Assembly (NCBI GenBank): GCA_010015805.1
Contig: ML978122.1
Span: 902,453 to 966,452 of the forward strand
Direction of reading: 5' to 3'
Source: Rhizodiscina lignyota
Lineage: Eukaryota
Length of the DNA stretch: 64,000 bases
Shown: positions 13,341-23,310 of the stretch, piece after piece
Numbering within the stretch: the first letter of the stretch is position 1
How the letters are laid out: every line of letters begins with the position of its first letter
The notes under the pieces: generated by a model
The model's input: the letters and a program-made list of their open reading frames with translations, nothing else
Told to the model about the DNA's origin: nothing
Databases searched by the model: none
Position numbers and translations under genes: made by a program

Positions 13341-15809
13341 CTAAACAATCCGCAGGTACTGCTCATAAAAGTTCGGTAACTCTACATCTAAAGGCCATTC
13401 ATACAGTCCTTGCCATCTCCAGGCATGCTCTCTATGATTTGAAACGACCGCAACTAGAGGACCGCCACCACTTCCCTTATACAATATCACCTGATCTTCG
13501 CTCAGAGGAAAATGAGAAGCCGGTCGAAGAATGAGAGCACGTGTGTTACCCAACGTATATTGCGTAGCAATATCCTTCAACACTCGCTGAGTCTTTGATA
13601 GCCCCGTATCGAGGTCGATATCTGTATCCCATGGCACAAATTTGTGGATCTGCCATACTGCCGCAAAAGCCCCACCACGGAGAATACGGCCATACCGACT
13701 ACCGATGCCATCAAAGACTTGTTCGTACGAAGCAGATACGCGATGTTGCGGTGCTCTCGAGGAAGGAAAGGTCCGAGTAGAGTTGCCTAATCGTGGTTGG
13801 CTTGGAGCCCAACGAAGGCCTGGCACATCTTGTAGCCTCGGAATATCTGACATGAGAAACCCAGTCCGGACCTCTAGCCCCTTCGTCCATGAATCTCTCC
13901 AAAAGTCTATTAGGTCGAAGAAGGGCTCGGGGCCGACGAGCAGTGTCCAAATCACAACGTCATCGCCAGGACGGGAAGCGTGTCGATTAACGAGCAAAAG
14001 AGTCGCTTCTGAAATGTCTAATGGGGAATTGTCCGGATCGTAATAATCAACGATTTTGACTCGATCCAACCACGGAAGCATATGTTGAGAAGTCAACACA
14101 AGAGTGGCAAGATCAACATTACCACGCTGGTGGACAACCTCCAGAGCTTTCTGTACGGACACAACCGCCTCATCTTTGCACAAGACATGGATATGCCTTC
14201 TTCCACGCATGGATTCCAGGAGAGTCCAAGCACGCACGTTCCAGTCGCAAACGAGCATGACCGCGATAATTCTTTCGTATGTGCTCACTTCATTTGGTCC
14301 ATGTTCGACCTCGAGCTCCATTAAGTCGCGATCGCATATGAGCATTACCATGCTCTTTGCGAAGACTTCGTTGATGCAAGAAATTGCCTCCCTTCTCAAC
14401 TGGTGGTCCTCCGGAATACAAGCTGTATCCATCCAGTATGATGTACATCCAAGTCTGCGTGCGATACGGCAGTAACGGCGATGAAGGCAGTTATTTAAAC
14501 CTGTTCCATTTGTTTCCGGCCTTCCACCTTGTCCATGGCTCCAGACATGTGAAATAGCCAGAGTCTGTCTTGATGCTGAACAATATGCTAATCGATCACC
14601 GGCGGGGAATTCTTCGATGCATACTGCTCGCGCGCCATTTACGGATCTGTATGATTTCTCGTCCCAATATAGCCGTCGACACAAGCTTCTTCCATACCCG
14701 TCTGCGTGTGCGGATTGGTCGATTATTGTCAATCCCTTGAACCTTTGACAGTTGTCTACCGACAATCCGTCGCATTGAAGGTGAACGGTCGTTGAATTTA
14801 GGATGCAACGAGGCCGACGACCGGGGAACGCCTCGTCCAATATCGCGAGTAATCTTCGAAAGTCCTGGCAGGCCGCAGAACGATCGGATCGCAGCAACCG
14901 AAACGCCCATTTGCAAACATATTGTGGGACCTCGTCCTCTGCGATACCCCAGTCTTGGTCAATTTCGTTTAAAGTGTCGCCAATGTCATAATACTGTCGC
15001 AAGGAGAAGGCGACATCCTTTTGAGAATCGAAACCTTCTTGGAGATGCAGGCCCAATATGTACCAACGAAAGAGCATGGTGTATCGTTGCCACGAAACCC
15101 AGAGAAGCGACCGAACAATCAGCCAGGCCTCGGCTTCAGCTGTGTAGCTCACGTTCGACGATAGACTCGTGGATACTTCCAACAACTCAATGAATGTATT
15201 GGCAATTTCGCGCAACGGTTCCAATCCAAACATTTCCCACTGCTTGTGGCAAGTCCGAGCCGCCGAGATCAACAGCGCCAGTAAAATGACGGGTGTGCTG
15301 AAGTGTGGAACGACTTTTAGATTGCCCCATTCTGCCGGGGTGTCCGGATAAAGGAGATACTGGGCTGAAATGACCGCGAGAAGTGACGAAGAAGTGACAT
15401 TTCCCAACGGCAGAGGGATTGGGGGTAGGCGTGATAGAATGTCACAAGCCAGGTTGACGATGTTGTCTTCTGTATCACTGTGGTAGTCCGGGAAGATGTC
15501 TGGCTTGTACTTCGGGAATGCGCATGTCAATAAACCAGAGATCTTGACATCCAATCGGGTAACATGGTCGTCTGAATCACAAGCAGCTGAATGATACTGC
15601 TGGCAGATCTGCTTAGCTCTGGCCTGTCTTGCTTGCGTACGAGTTGTGACATCTGCATGATAAACCCCCCTGATACCACTAGAATTTGCAGTGCCATGAC
15701 AGCTAAGAAATGGGGTTTTCGAGCGCGATTTGTCACTGTAATGATCCCTGAGTATTTGGCGGACTCTTTCGGAGAGGTGCGTAGGCAGACACGGCCTCAA
15801 AGCATCCAT
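13341..15809 (-). CDS. HET (heterokaryon incompatibility, TIR-like) domain protein, intronless; ATG likely 15809 (ORF open to 15965)
   Basis: The three HET blocks are present: TLAISHVWSHG (~14533-14564), YWMDTACIP..REAI..INEVF, and DWNVRAWTLLE (~14214-14246). The N-terminal ~450 aa have no recognisable domain. Confidence 0.85.
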   Translation of the reverse strand: MDALRPCLPTHLSERVRQILRDHYSDKSRSKTPFLSCHGTANSSGIRGVYHADVTTRTQARQARAKQICQQYHSAACDSDDHVTRLDVKISGLLTCAFPKYKPDIFPDYHSDTEDNIVNLACDILSRLPPIPLPLGNVTSSSLLAVISAQYLLYPDTPAEWGNLKVVPHFSTPVILLALLISAARTCHKQWEMFGLEPLREIANTFIELLEVSTSLSSNVSYTAEAEAWLIVRSLLWVSWQRYTMLFRWYILGLHLQEGFDSQKDVAFSLRQYYDIGDTLNEIDQDWGIAEDEVPQYVCKWAFRLLRSDRSAACQDFRRLLAILDEAFPGRRPRCILNSTTVHLQCDGLSVDNCQRFKGLTIIDQSAHADGYGRSLCRRLYWDEKSYRSVNGARAVCIEEFPAGDRLAYCSASRQTLAISHVWSHGQGGRPETNGTGLNNCLHRRYCRIARRLGCTSYWMDTACIPEDHQLRREAISCINEVFAKSMVMLICDRDLMELEVEHGPNEVSTYERIIAVMLVCDWNVRAWTLLESMRGRRHIHVLCKDEAVVSVQKALEVVHQRGNVDLATLVLTSQHMLPWLDRVKIVDYYDPDNSPLDISEATLLLVNRHASRPGDDVVIWTLLVGPEPFFDLIDFWRDSWTKGLEVRTGFLMSDIPRLQDVPGLRWAPSQPRLGNSTRTFPSSRAPQHRVSASYEQVFDGIGSRYGRILRGGAFAAVWQIHKFVPWDTDIDLDTGLSKTQRVLKDIATQYTLGNTRALILRPASHFPLSEDQVILYKGSGGGPLVAVVSNHREHAWRWQGLYEWPLDVELPNFYEQYLRIV

Positions 15810-16276
15810 TGCCTCAGCCTGACGGGTGTTATTTTGCGGGTTGGTGACAGCAATCAAAAGACCATTTGAAGGAATAGGTAGAAGTATTCGGTACTCTAAT
15901 TGAGCGAAGCAACCTTCAGGGTGAGGGATAAACGTGACGAGACGAGACGATCTGCCTTGTGGCATACATATGTACGGAGTAGGCGACTGGGCTCAGCCTT
16001 CTTCGCCCTCATGCTCAAACCTTGCGCCGGCCTCTTTTTGCAGCTCATCAACGCCCACGGCTGAATTCAATGAAGTACATTTATTGGCCCATACGACCAC
16101 CTGTGGAATATAATATCAAAAGATTTTTTACGTATTTTGAATTTGTTCCAGTGCCTCAAAATTGAGTCGAGTTTTAGAGATGGAGTCCACGGAGATGATC
16201 TCCGATGGTTGTGCTATGTAAATCGATTTAATTCAATTCCATACTACTACAATCCGCCATAACGAGTAGTAACTAG

Positions 16277-17761
16277 CTATACGCCCTGAACCGTTCCCAG
16301 ATCGATAGCCAGTATTTTGGCACTTTCAATAGCTAAAGCTGAGCTTAGTTCAATCCATTGACGATCGTGGCAACTCCACGAATTGCCTCCACACGCAGAA
16401 TCCACGTCGAGCCCGTCGGAAATCTTCTTCAGCCAAGCGTTGCGGCGTGGATGCGGTGTGATGATACCATCCATCCACGACGTGATACGGCTTCCACTGA
16501 GCAGTTGAATGGCCCCAAGCATCATAGTCCGCCCCGTAAACTCGTAGCTTTTAACATCTAACTTGACCCCTTCCACCCTCATCCATTGCCCTGCAACGTT
16601 GTTCCCTTCGAATATCCATCGTGATACAAAGTCAAGAACCATCACACTGACCAGGATTATGCCATCCCAGCCTTTCTGCGCCGCTACGAACGTCATTGCT
16701 AGGAGTTGAATATAGTGGTTGAACAGTAACAGCCGCCTTAACCAGCATGTGAAATTGGTCATTGGAACCACAATCATGGTTTTGTTGAGTAATGTGTCGA
16801 CTACTGCGCGGTCGCCAACGTAGAGGTACCACGTCGATGCATTTTGGTGTGAGCTTAGGAGCATGTAAGAAGTTTCGTGAGCCTCGTTATTTTCAAGGTA
16901 CCCAGAGGGCCGATAAAGTCGAAAGAATCGACATGCCGTGTGTGAGACCCGACTGCAGAAGATGATAGTTGATGAGCCATATGCACCAAATAAACAAAGC
17001 ACTGCAGATAGCGCCACGATCAGAAGAGACGTTGTAATTTCGACGAATACAGAAGAAAACAGTGCGTCTGCGGCAGAGCTAAGAGTGGGTTCTCGAGAGC
17101 ATCGACTGAAATTCAGTACATGGAGTGTTTGATATCGACGAAAGTGTGGAGCATTAGGCGCGTTCGCCGTGGAAGCTGAAGGGGTAGTTCTATTTGCGGA
17201 CTCGACATTTCCGGGCTCGGCATCTGTGGGTTCCACAGCCGCGCCACTCTCCCTCGGACCAGGTTGCTCGACGGCATGAGTTGACTGATCTGGAGTTGGA
17301 GGGTTACTGTTTACTCCCTCACTTGGAGCCGGTGGTCTCTCGGCGAGGCTGTCGGGCATCATTGTAGGCTGTTGCTTTCTCGACTCGATCCCAAAGGCCG
17401 TAACCAACGCACTTGCTGCGCCATTTGCGCACGGAAATACGCTACCCCAGAGTACATCCCAAACGACGTGACTGTGACTTCCACAGCCACTAGCCTGGTC
17501 TAGATATTCCGGCCCTCTCTTGAGCATTCCAGCTGCGCCTTCCAATGTTCCGAGTTTTGGGAAGAGGCCGATGGAGAGGCGACCCAGAAGAGATATCTTG
17601 CCAACAGATTGATAGTCACGCTGGTAGCCTGCGAGATGGCACACCAAAGGGAGAATAGAGGCCCATTCGGCGAGGATGTTTGGTAAGGCTGGAGTATCGA
17701 GGAAAGGTGCAATATTCAACGAACCAAGTTTAGAGAGAGAGCCTGACTGAAATAATGCCAT
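16277..17761 (-). CDS. Uncharacterised multi-pass membrane protein (~494 aa), intronless, immediately upstream of the HET gene
   Basis: Long uninterrupted ORF. Hydrophobic segments include ILAEWASILPLVCHLA, VEITTSLLIVALSAVLCLFGAYG, LLLFNHYIQLLAMTFVAA and GIILVSVMVLDFV, with a low-complexity Pro/Ser/Glu linker in the middle. Confidence 0.8.
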   Translation of the reverse strand: MALFQSGSLSKLGSLNIAPFLDTPALPNILAEWASILPLVCHLAGYQRDYQSVGKISLLGRLSIGLFPKLGTLEGAAGMLKRGPEYLDQASGCGSHSHVVWDVLWGSVFPCANGAASALVTAFGIESRKQQPTMMPDSLAERPPAPSEGVNSNPPTPDQSTHAVEQPGPRESGAAVEPTDAEPGNVESANRTTPSASTANAPNAPHFRRYQTLHVLNFSRCSREPTLSSAADALFSSVFVEITTSLLIVALSAVLCLFGAYGSSTIIFCSRVSHTACRFFRLYRPSGYLENNEAHETSYMLLSSHQNASTWYLYVGDRAVVDTLLNKTMIVVPMTNFTCWLRRLLLFNHYIQLLAMTFVAAQKGWDGIILVSVMVLDFVSRWIFEGNNVAGQWMRVEGVKLDVKSYEFTGRTMMLGAIQLLSGSRITSWMDGIITPHPRRNAWLKKISDGLDVDSACGGNSWSCHDRQWIELSSALAIESAKILAIDLGTVQGV

Positions 17762-18609
17762 AATGAATAACTCTTTGGGGAGAGGAAAGCGCAATGATGG
17801 TCTACCGATATCCTTAACTCTGGACCTGAGGTTTTACTTTTCGTCTTGATCATTAAGGTTCATATGTATTGAGCCTTGAGCTATTCGAGGCCAAGGATCC
17901 GATTTCAGCCTTACTGGTGATTTAAAGCAGTTGCCTTGCCTCGTGTGCGGACTGCCAAAAAGGCTTAGATGCCTGTATCGATGAGTACCCAGTGATCCGG
18001 CTGGGGAATAACTGACAAATCCCGTCTGAAAGCCAATGGTCGTGAATCCACGGAGAGCGGTTGTTGCTAGCTACTGGTTTCAATACGTGGACGAGAGAGC
18101 TTCCCAAAAGCCCGGATATTGTTTCAAACGTCAGAGCCTTCTGAAATGTCTTGCCTTGCGTCGGGGAACTTATCTGTTTGGAGCACTTGACGTTAAATAC
18201 GCCTATCTTCAAGGTCATTTTATCTCTCCAAAGTTCAGAAACATCACAAATATACTCAAAATCAAAGAGGTGCTTAGACGCAATGGTCTACTAAGAGTCC
18301 AAACACCGTCCACTTGAATAGAACATATTGGCATCGGGAATGATTGATCTTAGCATATTCAGACTGGTGTGTATCCAGGTCAATTGGATGTTAGTAGGCA
18401 GGATATTGGAGCCCTTCTCCAAGAACAGCTTCCGAAAGGAGTTGAAGTGTCCGCACGTGATCTCGCGATGCCAAGGAATCTCGCGTGGACATTTTGCACG
18501 CGACGTCACCAACACACCAATGGCAGCTGCGCCCTGAATTGCAACTTCCCTTCACTTGTCTGTGCACACAATAAACAGAACACTCGGCGGCAACACATTT
18601 CACCCCGTC

Positions 18610-19639
18610 ATGACCGACACAATCAGCAAAGATCTCGACGCCTTCCTCGGAAAGTTGCGCACTGCAAACTACCTCAATCTTAAATTGCAGCACAGCGATT
18701 CTCAATTCTCTAGCGGAACACCGAGCATGGACGGCGGCACATGGCAGACGGTAAGCAACATCCTCTTCCGCTCTGCCAAATAAACTCTGACTTTTTGAGC
18801 CTTAGCTCATGCAAGCACACGTCGCAAATCTCTCTAGCCACAAAGCAATGCTCGAGCTGTTAGCCCAAGGTTTAATCGAACGAGGTCCTGTCGATCCTTC
18901 ACTCGTTGCGAGCATGGAGGGCATGTACGCCACTACGAATAATGCCCTGCAGAATGCATTGAGCATGCAGAGCTACTTTGGAGGCATCGACAACGCACAC
19001 AGTGAAAACGGTGGCGGAAACCAGCAAGCTTCAAATGAACCTGCACATCGCGAGAACATTCCAACTCCAGTGCAGGAGACTGTGTCTGAGACGCCCAGGC
19101 CACAGCCAACACAACGCAGCGGCCAGCTATTTGATCTTGTAAAGCGTCGCAAACGGGAAGATGATGATCTACCCCTATATATCGCAACAAAAAATCACAA
19201 GAAAGCGAAGCACGACAACCCATCACTCTCTCGCCCGACCGCTTCCTCTCCTCCACCGCCACAACCGCCACAGCCATCTACAGGACAACAGGAGGCCGAT
19301 ATCGAATATGAAGACATCTCTGGAACAGTCAGAAAGCGCCTTGTCGAACACTACGAAAAGCGGCTGCAGGAGAAGGCTACACTGAAAGAGTCGAAGAGGA
19401 AGCGGGACTCGCTAGAGTCAGTGGGTTCTGCTCTCGACAGAGGCGGCCATGTAGTACTATCAAAACCGGCACAGAAGCGATTGAGGGCGAGCGAAGAAGA
19501 AGCCTCAGACTCCGGGACTGGTGACAAGGTCCAGAGTGACGACGGCGAGGGGGTCTCGGAGGCATCGCAGGAGACAGGGGATGGCGGTGGAGTGAACCTG
19601 CTGCGAGAGAGTAGGGGTTTGGAGGAAACGGTTCCATGA
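18610..19639 (+). CDS. Hypothetical fungal protein (~324 aa), probably nuclear; exons 18610-18750 and 18806-19639
   Basis: In-phase 55-nt intron GTAAGC..CTGAC..TAG. Basic NLS-like clusters KRRKR and KRKR, and an EYEDIS..VRKRL segment. Confidence 0.7.
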
Positions 19640-19734
19640 CCACATGAACTCTCGGTGTATATATGTACATGGTAGCAAGTATCTGCGACTGCGGAGCTTG
19701 AACTATAAAATGGCAAAAACTCCTCTAAAAATGC

Positions 19735-21376
19735 AAGTTATGCTTGTCAAAGCTGCATCTTCTTCACATATACCCTCCCGAGTACATAAATCAGGCTTTC
19801 AGATGCGTTCTCACTTACGCTGTAAAGCAAGATCCACTTATGCTACGGCGCTCAGCTCTATCAGCATTGACCTCTCGGTAGAGTATGAAATTTGCGCGGG
19901 TGCAAAGCAAGGACTGTTTAGGACCAGCCTCTTCAAATAATACAAGTGATGCCTGTTATTGTTGTGCGTTCATATGTACTGGCCCAAGCGGATTCAATGA
20001 GGCTTTTAGAAGCGCTCTCACTTGTCCTGAAGAACAAAGCTTCAAAGTTCATTTATGCTCTACCGCTTCATCTGTTAGTATTACGCTCTTAGTAGAGATA
20101 CAGGAAATGAAATGTTTGCGGGTGCGAAACATGGAACTGCTAGGAAGTAGGGCCTCTTATTATCTAAAGTTATGCCTGTTAAAGCTCAACACATTCTTGA
20201 CACATACCGTCCCGAGAACATTGAATTAGGCTCCCAGAAGCACTCTCACTTGTGCTGAAGTGTGAAGTTTGTCTTTGCTGCAGCGGTCCACCTGTCTCGC
20301 TCTAATTGTTTATCGTCCTCGAGCTGCCAATGTTCTTCGTGATTCTCCCGGAGGATGTGGAAGCATTTGATTCCTGATAATAGACAATACGCCATCGTTC
20401 CGTCTTCTTGAATAGAGTATCGAAGGTGTTCGCAAACACCATCTATGCCTCTGGATTAGCGAAACATCCAGAACCTCGACAATAGAAGGCTAGCTGTATC
20501 GTTGTACCGGAATTCCGATACTCAAACGAATACACCGACGCAGGGCCTCTGCGTGCGGAAGTATCTTACAAGGACCATTAGTACCATGCAGAGCCCGTAC
20601 CAGGTCCCTCATATGATGTGTGCGAAGGGAAAGAGCTCAAATCCACACCTACGAAAAAAGCTCTATATTAGTCCCGACGTCTTCTTTGTCGCTCTGCTTG
20701 TTTCGATGCTCAAACCAATTAAAATCGCGTTTACATAGAGCTTGGAGAATCGCCTCGATCTCACCCGGGAGAGTAGAGAGCTAAAATTTAGCCTCCAGAA
20801 CGAGGAAAGTGTGCAAGTTCTTCAATGCTTGCGCTGTTGTTGTATACACCCCGGAGAACGCACGCCTGGGCTTTCAGAAACGGTGTTGCTTACGTTAAAG
20901 AGAATGAGCTGCTGGCTCAGGCGAGCGCTACAGCTTGCATGGCAGCTTTGATGTGTGGCCTCTGCGTCTAATGCAGTATACAGATTTTCCAACGGTCGTA
21001 CTATGATCGTATACGCTCCAAAGAATGTAGAACTAAGCCTTCGGAGATGGTCTCGCTTACGTCGATGAGCAAGAGCTGCCCGTCCTTAAGCGTTACAGTC
21101 CGCTCGGACTGTAGATCATATGATGTCCGACGCGGTATAGTGTTTACAGTACACGCCTAGTGCATAATCGAGTCTCGAGTTCGACGAAAAGGTTTGGTGC
21201 CGCTCTCAAGAGACGGGATAGCTATGATGTATAGCCTCTGCAACTAATAAAGCATATCAATTTTTCAGCAGTGTGCGATTGCAAAATACACTCTGAAGAA
21301 CGTAGAACGAGGCTTTCAGAGATAGTCTCGCTTACCTCGAAGAGCAAGCGCCCTTCGCCCTTAGCTATTACAGCTT
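19735..21376. repeat. Degenerate tandem/dispersed repeat family, 6 copies of a ~165-230-bp unit
   Basis: Shared core (A/G)(A/G)GC(T/C)(T/C)(C/T)(A/G)GA..TCTC(A/G)CTT-like at 19793, 20000, 20228, 20868, 21035 and 21310, with similar flanks (CAAGT(T/G)ATGC(C/T)TGT; TATAC..GAGAAC). Confidence 0.8.
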
Positions 21377-21473
21377 ACCCGGCGGCCAGCTACTTGCCTA
21401 CCTACCATCAAGCCATATTATCTGACGACATGGTGTGGATTGGCATCTCAGCGCGCAAGTCGCGTCACCGCAA

Positions 21474-22027
21474 TCAAGCCGGCTCACTTGCCTTCTTGTC
21501 CGTTCTCGTGGTCGCGTCTCTTCCCTTCCCATTATCTCCTTCCCAGACCTCCCATATCTGATCCATAATGACATCCCAATACCCCTCCCCTCCTCGAACT
21601 TCTCCCTGTCTTCCTCCAGTTGTCGCTCCCTCCATCCATCCTTCTCCTCGCCTTTCCAAACCTTCTGCACCATCCTCTTCTTATCCTCCTCCTTCCCCTG
21701 AGTGCTATCCCGCAGCTGCTCCCTACCCTCCTTCAATTGTCGGTGCACCTCTTTCGCCGTCTTCGCCGCCAGCGTGTCCTCTGCGCTGAAGGAAGGAAAT
21801 GAGACAATGTTCCGTCCCTCCCGTTCATGGTAGACATGGTTTGCAGATACCAGTCACGCGCTGCCGAGGCCCGCAGTGTAGAAATCGAGCTTTCGCGGCG
21901 GGATGAGCGCGACTACCGGGCACAGGACGAGCAGGCCGAGCGCGAGGTTGTGGAGCAGCACTGCATTGCGACTCGGAGTCGTATTTGCGGCGGATGGAGG
22001 GCTAGAAGAGGACCCTGGTGCTGCCAT
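21474..22027 (-). pseudogene. Disabled copy of a conserved small fungal membrane protein (PPRKLD...IMDQIWEVW family)
   Basis: ATG 22027 reads ..LALGLLVLCPVVALIPPRKLDFYTAGLGSA, then an in-frame TGA (21854-21856), then LVSANH..KVWKGEEKDGWRERQLEEDREKFEEG. A frameshift in a G-run (~21582-21590) follows, and another frame reads GYWDVIMDQIWEVW. Confidence 0.7.
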
Positions 22028-22222
22028 TCGAAGGCCTCTAGCAAGTCACCGATCCATTTGGGCAGAAGGACGCTATGTCGCCATGCAAAAAGCAACACTC
22101 GTCAAGTATTGCGGACGTGAGTTGGGATGGTAAGGGTTGACGTTTGAACGTTTTCGACGAAATATCTGGTCTACGTTCATATTCAACATCGGCCACTGAT
22201 GGATCATAGTTTTGCCGGCAAA

Positions 22223-22319
22223 GGCGTGGTGGCTGAGTGGTTATAGCGATAGACTCGAATTCTTAGTTCGAGATCATCTATTTCCTTCGGGAGCGCAGGT
22301 TCGAATCCTGCCCACGTCG
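22223..22319 (+). tRNA. tRNA-Ser(CGA) with 16-nt intron (22260-22275)
   Basis: Acceptor stem GGCGTGG/CCACGTC, D-loop TGGCTGAGTGG, anticodon arm ATAGA-CT-CGA-A[intron]A-TCTAT, long variable arm TTCCTTCGGGAG, T-arm GCAGGTTCGAATCCTGC and a downstream T-run terminator. Confidence 0.95.
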
Positions 22320-23310
22320 ATTTTCTTTTTGCCTTTTGTGCCTATTCATCACACTATGCGTGATATCTTTTTGCTCTTCCTAATGATAAGACCCTGGGTA
22401 AAGGGGGTGGTCGTTGAGAAATTCGGCTTTACCATGTGACCTCCTGGAGCCGTCGAACATCGCGGGCACAGCACGTTGAACTCATCAGACTGTATACCTT
22501 AGGCCCAAAAGAACCCCTAAAGTCCCCTCACTAGGTCTCTAACAGCATCTCAAGGGCGTGGAAATTTACTGGGCATCTGAGAACTTGATACAAATTTCAG
22601 GACTTGAGCAAGAAAATGTCCAGCACCAAGACCTTTCGGCTCACGTGACATCTATCAATTCAGGGGTTGCTCGAAGACGAGAGATACAAAGTCAAAGACA
22701 CTCAAAGTGATCCATCACTAGTTAGCCATGCGGCTTCACATTTTGCTATCTAAGGTTACACTCTAAAGGGCCTTTGTCCTAGAGTCTACGCTTCCCACAG
22801 AAGATCCCCCGCCCCGTTCCCCCGAGATATCCACTACAGCAAGGAAAAAAGCAAATACGGTGTGCACCGTTCCGAGTTTATGCTCGACGCAAAAAACACT
22901 CGTCTTCTAAAAGACAGCAGCAGGTCTCAGCACTTGAGACGTCCGGGAAATTCGATTCGACAGAAGGAAAAAGAAACGTTTTGTTTCTTTGCAGCAGTAT
23001 GCAATCCCTGTTTTTTGTTGGTGTATGGGGAAACGCCGTCGCTATGCCGGAAAATGACAGTGTTGCTGGTACAGGAGGATTATTCGGTAGGGGAGGAAAA
23101 AAAGTAAAGAATGCAGAAATTTGTACAGTTGAAGGACGAAGGATCCGCGGCGTATTTATACATGCGAGCGCATCTTTTGGAGGGATTACAATTTGACGTA
23201 TTGGTGAGAGTCTAAGTCCGCTCCGGGGAGCAGTAACACGCAAAGAAAGACTATGGGGTAGGTCGAGCGCGAACTGCGTGTGATTTGAAGTCCGCGCTGC
23301 GTAGGATGAC

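Noticed and set aside
19735..21376. CRISPR-like interpretation of the repeat array
   Set aside because: Eukaryotic context, long divergent units, irregular spacing, no identical short repeats with unique spacers, and no cas genes.
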